IMG/VR virus record: IMGVR_UViG_3300003890_000014
Coordinates: 1 to 64,000 of that record
Reading direction: 5' to 3' (one strand)
DNA from: a virus
Length of the DNA stretch: 64,000 nt
Shown: positions 56,679 to 64,000 of the stretch, piece after piece
Layout: the number at the start of each line of letters is the position of its first letter
Numbering within the stretch: the first letter of the stretch is position 1
The notes under the pieces: generated by a model
Told to the model about the DNA's origin: nothing
Seen by the model: the letters and a program-made list of their open reading frames with translations, nothing else
Databases searched by the model: none
Program-made: the position numbers and the translations under genes

Positions 56679-58571
56679 TTATGTAAAAACCAGAGGGCCT
56701 TGTCCAGTTAAGGCTCCCCTATAATCAGGGCTTTCGGATGGACCACAAGTCCTACAAACACATTCAAATAAAACTTCTGGGAATGAGATCAGAAATCTAA
56801 TGACTACTCCTGCTGCTAATAGCTTCTTAATGAGGTTCTGGGCAGCTTGGCGGGCTTCTTCAGTACCCACTACATAAACAGCGTAGTCTTCGCCTGTAAC
56901 CCTTGGAATAGTAGGGGAATCTGAGATGAAATTAATTTTTCTTCCAATTAAATGCTCTTGTTGAAATATATAACTTGCGTCAATCAGTAAAGTAGAGTTA
57001 TTTGGTCTGCTATTGTACTGGATTGGGCCTTCCTGTTCAGACCTTCCAAAGTTCAATAGAATCTTACCTGGCTTATTGGGAAAGCTTGCTGCGTTCGCCA
57101 CTGAAAGGGTTGGTACAATTGATCCGCTATTGACTGTGGTAGATAGTTCTGTACTAACTCCAGTTACAGTAAATAATTGACCAGTTGGATCAAACAAGTA
57201 TGCAGAAGGATAGTCAGTCACAATAAGATCTGGATCTTGCTGTAAAGTAGTTATAAATCCTAATACTATATTTGCTGTACCTCCAGTAATTTGATACTCA
57301 GAGCTTCCTTCTGTAGTTCTTAGACCTACTTTTTTATAGTTACTTCCCTGACCGTGTGTAAAAGCTTCTAAAAATGTTAGCTGATTATTTATAACTTCTA
57401 CTACCTCTTCTGCGGTCACTGCTGAAGGGTCAACAAAATCAGATGCATGAGTAAAAGTAACTGTAAAAGGATTCCCATCAATAGTTAGAGTTAAAGTAGA
57501 AGATACACCTAATCCGCTAAAGTCAAATACTTCTTCATTAGAGTAAATTTCTAACTTATCTTGTTTAGGGTGAGCAGCACCTCTTAGGGTTCTCCTAAGA
57601 ACTGGAACAGAACTAGGAATTTTAATTACTAATTCATTAGGATTGATTTCGTAAACACTAGCTTTAACTTCAGTTTGTTTTACTAAAGAGAAATTTAGTC
57701 TTGCTGGAGTATTGGCATCGCCGCCTAAAATTTGGATAGAACCTAGTAGTCCTGGCGTATTTGTTCTTAAATTTAATTTATTTCCAGAAAGAGGATCTAA
57801 AAATTTACTGGCGGTTATATTTAAGTTGTGTTCAGGGTCAGCGTTAATAAATGCGACTAACTCATCTACAGATATATTAGTGATGTCATCAAAAGCGTAA
57901 GGTTTGAATCGAAGAGTCACTGCGGGTTTGTTATCTACTTTATAGTCAAGAGTTCTTACTATTCCTAAAGAAATATTACTGTTAATAGCGATATCACTAT
58001 CCCATTCCATAGATAGGTCAAGCTCAGTATCACTATGAATAGCCGATACTTTTTTATAAGTATATCCAGAAGCAGCTGAAGCTTTAATGTAATCTCCAGG
58101 AGCAAGTTCTGTTAGAAATAGAGTTCCTGTTCCTTTAACTCTTTTTGTTCCCTTAATAAAACTAGCTGTTCCTGTTAACAGACTTACTGGACCAAAATTA
58201 TAGGTTTCAGTTGTTCCGCTATTAATATTTGGTCTTGTAAATCCAGCTCCCCAAAATACATCTAATAAAGAGATAATAGTTTTACGAACTTGTTTTGGAT
58301 AAAAAGACATTACAGGTATAAGTTTACGGAAGTCATCATCACCCATGCCTAAATTAGGGTCTCTTGGAACTCCTACGTTATTACCTAAATAATCTAGATA
58401 TCTTCCTTCTGCCTGTTCCACAAACAATTGATCTTTTGTATTTTGAATCTGAACTACAATCTCATCATCAGATAATCCCCATGCCTTTAAAAGACCACGG
58501 ATCATTACGTTACTCTCAGCTTTATAAAAACTCGGCAAACTACGAGCCATTCTCTGAAATTTATCCGCCAT
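56679..58571 (-). CDS. Baseplate wedge protein (P2 gpI-like N-terminus)
   Basis: AEGRYLDYLG..VGVPR...DDDFR and C-terminal LAAGVVI; adjacent to baseplate J. Confidence 0.75.
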   Translation of the reverse strand: MADKFQRMARSLPSFYKAESNVMIRGLLKAWGLSDDEIVVQIQNTKDQLFVEQAEGRYLDYLGNNVGVPRDPNLGMGDDDFRKLIPVMSFYPKQVRKTIISLLDVFWGAGFTRPNINSGTTETYNFGPVSLLTGTASFIKGTKRVKGTGTLFLTELAPGDYIKASAASGYTYKKVSAIHSDTELDLSMEWDSDIAINSNISLGIVRTLDYKVDNKPAVTLRFKPYAFDDITNISVDELVAFINADPEHNLNITASKFLDPLSGNKLNLRTNTPGLLGSIQILGGDANTPARLNFSLVKQTEVKASVYEINPNELVIKIPSSVPVLRRTLRGAAHPKQDKLEIYSNEEVFDFSGLGVSSTLTLTIDGNPFTVTFTHASDFVDPSAVTAEEVVEVINNQLTFLEAFTHGQGSNYKKVGLRTTEGSSEYQITGGTANIVLGFITTLQQDPDLIVTDYPSAYLFDPTGQLFTVTGVSTELSTTVNSGSIVPTLSVANAASFPNKPGKILLNFGRSEQEGPIQYNSRPNNSTLLIDASYIFQQEHLIGRKINFISDSPTIPRVTGEDYAVYVVGTEEARQAAQNLIKKLLAAGVVIRFLISFPEVLFECVCRTCGPSESPDYRGALTGQGPLVFT

Positions 58572-59145
58572 AACGATTTCCCTTTTTAAGATTATCTTCG
58601 GCCCATAGCGGTTGTAAATTTGTATAACGAAATGCTTCTTTATATTGTTCGTTATCTTTTAGATTGAAAATTGATAAAGGTTTTATATGATCAATATGCC
58701 AACCATTTTTACCGTAATTATCCCAAGACATTTCTGGCTGAAATTTAGATTCTAAATGCTTTTTTAATTGTTCAAATGAACAATCTAGCGCTTCAAGTGT
58801 TGATCCTTGTTTCTGATTATTCTTTAATGCTAGTCTAATTCTTGCTCTCATATTTTGAGCCAATATAAATATTTCTCGTTCTTTACGGGCCTTTTTTTGC
58901 CAGTTATTTTGTTCTATTCTTATTTTATCTTTTCTAGTAATTTTATACACATTTGATAATTCTTTTACTCGTTCAGGATTTCGTAATCTCCATCGACGTA
59001 GTCTCTGTCTTTTAGCTTCGATATTAACTAGCTCATAACTCTTACAACACAACTTACACCAAGGATGTAATCCATCTACTCTTCGAGTTTGTTTATAAAA
59101 CTCTAACAATTCTTTCTCGATATTGCATTTGCTACAAGTCTTCAT
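58561..59145 (-). CDS. HNH endonuclease
   Basis: KTCSKC...CKLC; MSWDNYG..WHIDHIKP...YTNLQPLWAEDNLKK. Confidence 0.9.
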   Translation of the reverse strand: MKTCSKCNIEKELLEFYKQTRRVDGLHPWCKLCCKSYELVNIEAKRQRLRRWRLRNPERVKELSNVYKITRKDKIRIEQNNWQKKARKEREIFILAQNMRARIRLALKNNQKQGSTLEALDCSFEQLKKHLESKFQPEMSWDNYGKNGWHIDHIKPLSIFNLKDNEQYKEAFRYTNLQPLWAEDNLKKGNRYGG

Positions 59146-59147
59146 AA

Positions 59148-62100
59148 TTATCCAATAATTAAGTCTGAGCTATCAAGTCTGGCCAATTCTCCATCGGCCA
59201 CGACTATATTAGAAGAATGATTTGAGATAGTAACATCGAAAACTCCGCCCACAGATTGAGCTGCTGTGACGATTTCAGATAAAACTACATCTTGACCCAC
59301 GCCTCTTGAATTCACATACTCTAAAATGGCATTTGAAATAGAGTCACTTACAGAACTGAGGCTGACACCTTCTTCTGTAGTTACATCGATAATAAGTTTT
59401 AATTTAACTAGTACAGGAGCTAGGACTTCAAATTGAGTTCCGGCGGCTCCTATGCCTGGGTAATTATTTGGATCGTGATCAATTCCGTCAATAGTCCATT
59501 GTACTTTCTGAATCAAACTTGTGAAATATTTGTATCCATCTACTCCTTCAACTTGAATATTTGAGAAATTAAATCCATTATTATCTCTAATAGTTCCGTT
59601 TCTAGCTAATGAGAATTCAGTTACATCAATAGGAGCATTTGATTGATCGTTCAAAGAAAGAGTATATGGGGCAGATGTGCCTTGAATATCTACTATATAT
59701 GCTGAACTATTGATTCTAAAAGTATCATTTATACTGATCTGATTTATCGTAGCACTTGCTAAAACAAACTGACCTGTAATATTATTATATGAGGATATAG
59801 TAGTTTTATGTCCCGCATTATTACCTGTTAAAAACTCTATAGTCATTCCAGTAAAATAAGATGGGATAGCAGAAGTTAGGACACTTGCTATAAAAGTGTC
59901 ATAAGGAACTAAAGAATCTCCAGTAGTCACTGTACCATCTAATGAGATATCTACAAATAATCCTTTTGCTAATCCAGCTATTGAATTTACAGTAAGATCA
60001 TTTACAGGTGAACCTCCAGGGATGGATTGAATTGGTATTCCTATTTCATTTGCGGTTCCACCAGTCACATAAACTTTTCCTTTGCTTCCAGGTAATTTAG
60101 TGGCAAGCTGTACAAAATCTCCGCTAATACCTACTACATCAGCATCGCCTACAATAGACAGCGTGGTGATATTAAAGTCATTAAGAAACTTAACTGCATT
60201 TTCAGCCGTTCTGGGTACAATAGAAAACTCATCGCCCGATGAAATTGGATTTGGTAAAGTATTAGGGAATATATCCTGATAGGTTATAATTCCTGAAACT
60301 CCAGAATAGGCAGTTACGAGTTGAACTGATCCTGTGTTCAAGCCTGCAGTCCAGTATATCCAAAACTCATTAAAGTATCCGGCATCAGTGTATTTAGAAC
60401 CTAAAACAGAATCGGTAAAAGTACCAACTCCTACACCTGTGACTACTCCTTTTGCTTCTAAGGATACTGCAAAAGTTTTATTAAGGCTGTCGTTATCTAA
60501 AATTGCTACTAAGTTTTGTCCTGGGCCTAAAGTAAAACCTTTAGCTGCGGGATTCCCGTTTCTATCTGAGTTACCAGATTGAACAAATGCTAAGTTTGCT
60601 AATTGATTCTCTGCTTCTGTAGTAGAAAAAGCCAGAACAGAGTTTGCTAATCCACCTTTGATTTGAACTTTTCCTGAACTTTGAAAATTTCCAGTTCTAA
60701 TTCTAACTTCATTGGTTAAAGTTGTTTCTGCTTTTCCACCAAATAACTGAGCATTTATTACTGCTACGACTTCAGCTGCAGTGGCATTCTGGGCATCGGC
60801 GAAATCAGATGCGTGTACAAAGTTAATAACTTGACATAATACAAATTTATCACCGTTTGAAATAGGATTTGAAAACCCTGCGATAGTTGAGATTTGTCCG
60901 GTTAAATTATTATATGAACTTACGAATCCTGTTTGTCCGTAGTTTGCTCCTGAAATCCATTCAATATAGAATCCATTAAATAAAGAAGCAGAATATCCAA
61001 TCAACGAAGTATCTATAAAAGTATCATATGGGGCACTGCCATCTCCAATAGTCACAGTCCCATTAAATCCACCATCTATACAAACTATCAAATCCGAAGT
61101 AAGTCCAAGACTATCAAAGTCATATAATTCAGGAATAGAATCTGAGAAGGCTCTTGTATTGATAGATCCAGCAGTTAGACTATCATTTGCAGATAAAGGA
61201 ACTTGAAGTTCTATCTGTCCATTAGATCGATTTAAAGTGTAGTCTGCATTTTTACCTTGTGAAAGAATACTGAAATTAATTTTAGAGGAGGCTACTGCTG
61301 CTCTATTTTCTCCTCTATAACCTTCAGTTAGATACAAAACTGTATCACTCTCGATACTTTCTATTTTTGTCCAAGAGCCAGCGCCATCTAGATTTGCTTT
61401 AATCCACTGTCCCTCTTGAAGATCAGAAGTAAATAAAGTTCCAGCTCCTGTTACTACCTTACTACCACCTGAGAAAGTGACAAGTCCATTGATAGAGGCA
61501 GGTATGCAAAATCCTAATGCTGTAGCAGCTCCGCCGCCAGTTACTTGCATCTTGGACATTTCGCTATTTTCTACTTCAGAAATTATTTTAATTTTAGTAT
61601 TGTCTACTGCAAGTTCAATTTTTGATAAATTAAGTTCTTGTACAATTCGGTTATATACTTCTAAAGCAAGAGCTTGAGAAGGATTTGCAAAATCATTAGG
61701 ACCAAATGATATTACTTCAGTTTGCTCAATATCTCCATTAGCAGCTACTTCAAGTTGAGGGGAGTTCCAAATTACGATATTTCCTAAACCACCTCCGGCA
61801 TTAGGATAAGCAGAGTCTAAAATAAATTTGGTATCTGATACTACAGTTAAAACTCTAGTATAAAATAGATCTGAGTCTCCAGAGAATTTAATGTAATCTC
61901 CAGGATGTACGAATTGATTAAATGGATTTACTCCAGGAACAGTTTTAGTTACAATTCTAGAATTTGGAACCACTGTAATATCTGAGTCAGTAGTGGTAAC
62001 AACATTAGTGCTTAAGTTAAAAGGTTGCGCTAAACTTATCAAAGAGGCAGTTAAACCATCTTTAGTGAGTAACTTATCATTTTTATAAAGTTTAAGAGTA

Positions 62101-63503
62101 AATACTTCTAACTCAGAGAAATTCAAAGCTTCGTTGGCTGTTGATGCTGAATCCAATTGCATGTTCTCATTTGTTCTAGTTCTAGGACTGATAATAACTT
62201 TACGACCATCTGAGTCTGTGATAGTACGTGCTTCAAATAAAGTTGCACGATTGTTGATGGCTTCCGCAATTTCAGTTGCCTCTGCTTTACTAGGAGTTTC
62301 AAAATCAGATGATGCAAAAGTAAATGTCTCTTCATCCGTACCAATATTAAGTACTAAAGTTTCTAAACCCGAAAGATTAAAAGGTTCTACTTTTTGAGAA
62401 ATAATAGTAGACTTAGCGATTGGGAAATTCTGTAATTGGAAGAATTGTTCTCCTCCAGTCGCTTGTGTAACTAATGTCTCTAATCCAATTGAACTAAAAG
62501 CGGGTTCTAAACCTCTACCGTTATCAATATAAACTTTCGTGGGACCATCGGCAATATTTACTGGAGGAATAATACTTACACTTACTACACTTGAGTTTGT
62601 ATTCTCATCAATTAATCCAATAATACCGCTCTTAATAGATTGACCAGTTCCTCTAGACAAAGCTTGAATATAATCTCTAATTCTATCTCTTAAATCTTGA
62701 TCTGATTCAACATCTCGTCCATTTATAAATGGAAGTGGGTTAGTAACAGCGGCTGTTGGGAATGGAGCACTAGGAAAGGAGATTACTGAATTGGCGGGGA
62801 CTTTAATTCCTCCTGGTTCTACTGCAGTGACAAGAATATTTGTTACTTCATCTTCGCCATCTAGTAAAACAACTTCTTGATTAATCTCAAATAAAACTTG
62901 CTCGCTTACATCTGATTCTGGAATTTCTACTTCAGTTCCAGCAGGAATACTTCTAATCCCTCCTTGAGCTAAAATCACACTCTCGTCTGTACCATGATCA
63001 TTAATCAAAGCTACATCTAACGAGATAGTCCAATATGATCCGTTATTAATTGGAGCAGAAGAATAAGAAATAGAACCTTCTGAATTAGCGGTGCCTCTCC
63101 CGATGTAGATTGCGCCTGAAGCAGGAAAACTGGAAGCATCGTCGATATTGATTATTGAAGATCCTGCGGTAGGTCCTGAAAGACCCGCATATAATTTTGT
63201 AGAGATTTTTGAAAAGGCTACGTCACTAATCGACACAAATCCACTATGTGGAGCAGACTGTTTTCTGCTTAGACCATATTCAGCGGCTCGCTTATCTAAA
63301 TCTTCCCCTTCAGTAGTATCGAGATTATAATTGCGGATAATATTCAACATCTGAATATATTGTTGAAAATCTTCTTGTGCTGAAGTTTCGAGTAATGTGA
63401 GAGCTACTGATCCATCAGTAAAATCTGTAATAGGAGTTTCCGCAGATAATTTAGCAGCTTGATCTGCTACAATTTGAGGAAATGATTTAGGTGTAAATTT
63501 CAT
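59148..63503 (-). CDS. Very large baseplate J-like protein
   Basis: ITDFTDGSVALTLLE, GEDLDKRAAEYGLSRK, GRDVESDQDLRDR, C-terminal YVNSRGVGQDV...V.GVFDV. Confidence 0.88.
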   Translation of the reverse strand: MKFTPKSFPQIVADQAAKLSAETPITDFTDGSVALTLLETSAQEDFQQYIQMLNIIRNYNLDTTEGEDLDKRAAEYGLSRKQSAPHSGFVSISDVAFSKISTKLYAGLSGPTAGSSIINIDDASSFPASGAIYIGRGTANSEGSISYSSAPINNGSYWTISLDVALINDHGTDESVILAQGGIRSIPAGTEVEIPESDVSEQVLFEINQEVVLLDGEDEVTNILVTAVEPGGIKVPANSVISFPSAPFPTAAVTNPLPFINGRDVESDQDLRDRIRDYIQALSRGTGQSIKSGIIGLIDENTNSSVVSVSIIPPVNIADGPTKVYIDNGRGLEPAFSSIGLETLVTQATGGEQFFQLQNFPIAKSTIISQKVEPFNLSGLETLVLNIGTDEETFTFASSDFETPSKAEATEIAEAINNRATLFEARTITDSDGRKVIISPRTRTNENMQLDSASTANEALNFSELEVFTLKLYKNDKLLTKDGLTASLISLAQPFNLSTNVVTTTDSDITVVPNSRIVTKTVPGVNPFNQFVHPGDYIKFSGDSDLFYTRVLTVVSDTKFILDSAYPNAGGGLGNIVIWNSPQLEVAANGDIEQTEVISFGPNDFANPSQALALEVYNRIVQELNLSKIELAVDNTKIKIISEVENSEMSKMQVTGGGAATALGFCIPASINGLVTFSGGSKVVTGAGTLFTSDLQEGQWIKANLDGAGSWTKIESIESDTVLYLTEGYRGENRAAVASSKINFSILSQGKNADYTLNRSNGQIELQVPLSANDSLTAGSINTRAFSDSIPELYDFDSLGLTSDLIVCIDGGFNGTVTIGDGSAPYDTFIDTSLIGYSASLFNGFYIEWISGANYGQTGFVSSYNNLTGQISTIAGFSNPISNGDKFVLCQVINFVHASDFADAQNATAAEVVAVINAQLFGGKAETTLTNEVRIRTGNFQSSGKVQIKGGLANSVLAFSTTEAENQLANLAFVQSGNSDRNGNPAAKGFTLGPGQNLVAILDNDSLNKTFAVSLEAKGVVTGVGVGTFTDSVLGSKYTDAGYFNEFWIYWTAGLNTGSVQLVTAYSGVSGIITYQDIFPNTLPNPISSGDEFSIVPRTAENAVKFLNDFNITTLSIVGDADVVGISGDFVQLATKLPGSKGKVYVTGGTANEIGIPIQSIPGGSPVNDLTVNSIAGLAKGLFVDISLDGTVTTGDSLVPYDTFIASVLTSAIPSYFTGMTIEFLTGNNAGHKTTISSYNNITGQFVLASATINQISINDTFRINSSAYIVDIQGTSAPYTLSLNDQSNAPIDVTEFSLARNGTIRDNNGFNFSNIQVEGVDGYKYFTSLIQKVQWTIDGIDHDPNNYPGIGAAGTQFEVLAPVLVKLKLIIDVTTEEGVSLSSVSDSISNAILEYVNSRGVGQDVVLSEIVTAAQSVGGVFDVTISNHSSNIVVADGELARLDSSDLIIG

Positions 63504-64000
63504 ATTCTATTACCTTTTTTAATATTATCCAAAGCTGGTAAATACTGTAAATTATAATCTACATGTAATCCTGTTATATTCTTTCCTTTAAGCGGAATGA
63601 TATGGTCTACATGAAAACCTTTAGGACAATTTTTATAAATATCTTTAATCTTATCTAAGTTAGCCCATTTAGGAGTGGCGTTTAGCTTTGCGGCTCTGCG
63701 GTTTGCCTCTACGGCATTATAATATTTTCTATTAGTTTTTTTAGATATATTACTTAAGTGCCTAGCCTTCTCGCGATTATTTTCTCTCCATACTTTATTC
63801 CTTTTAAGAATACTAAAACTACCATTTTTATAAAGCATCTTATGCCTTAAACTTTCGCAATTTTTGCAGTGGGATGCCCGACCATCTTTATGATGCTTAA
63901 CCTTTTGAAATTCTACTATATTTTTAGTACTTAAACACTTAGAGCAAGTTTTAAACCCGAGAACTAAAAGTTCTATGTTATCCTTTATTTTGTAAGGCCG
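63500..64000 (-). CDS. HNH endonuclease (5' end beyond the window)
   Basis: Frame open from 64000 (KTCSKC...HCKNC); ATPKWAN, HVDHIIPLKG...GLHV..NLQ...N. Confidence 0.88.
   Translation of the reverse strand, partial: RPYKIKDNIELLVLGFKTCSKCLSTKNIVEFQKVKHHKDGRASHCKNCESLRHKMLYKNGSFSILKRNKVWRENNREKARHLSNISKKTNRKYYNAVEANRRAAKLNATPKWANLDKIKDIYKNCPKGFHVDHIIPLKGKNITGLHVDYNLQYLPALDNIKKGNRI

Noticed and set aside
43756-63330. Numerous short antisense or alternate-frame ORFs inside tail and baseplate genes
   Set aside because: Shadow ORFs caused by codon bias; no RBS or recognisable motifs.

Overview
A 64-kb segment of an AT-rich tailed dsDNA phage, probably a myovirus (baseplate J, SPO1/Twort-like portal). 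The host is probably diderm (lipoprotein and spanin-like genes); a finer host call is not supportable from sequence alone. Layout: (1) 1-5.5 kb, small + strand accessory genes, several broken by nonsense or frameshift lesions; (2) 5.5-6.45 kb, a non-coding region rich in inverted and tandem repeats (candidate genome end or origin); (3) 6.45-13.7 kb, an early region (small acidic ORFs, DUF932-like, rIIA, rIIB, RepA-type ATPase, lipoprotein peptidase), with 5445-9441 entirely lacking the otherwise abundant 4-mer AGCT; (4) 13.7-40.7 kb, - strand: trypsin-like protease, ClpP-like, trigger-factor-type FKBP, head morphogenesis, portal, terminases, transglycosylase, HNH, two candidate structured ncRNAs flanking a GIY-YIG remnant, RuvC, RecA, UvsY-like, holin/spanin-like genes, CYTH, dNMP kinase, exonucleases, DNA polymerase A (Leu762 type), primase-helicase, annealing protein and GroEL; (5) an SF2 helicase on +; (6) 42.5-64 kb, tail fibre and baseplate genes with HNH endonucleases. 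The best novelty candidates are the ncRNA pair at 23.6-24.1 kb, the AGCT-free leading region, the tig-clpP-like proteostasis module and the selective decay of accessory genes. All functional calls come from motif recognition by eye; no searches were run.
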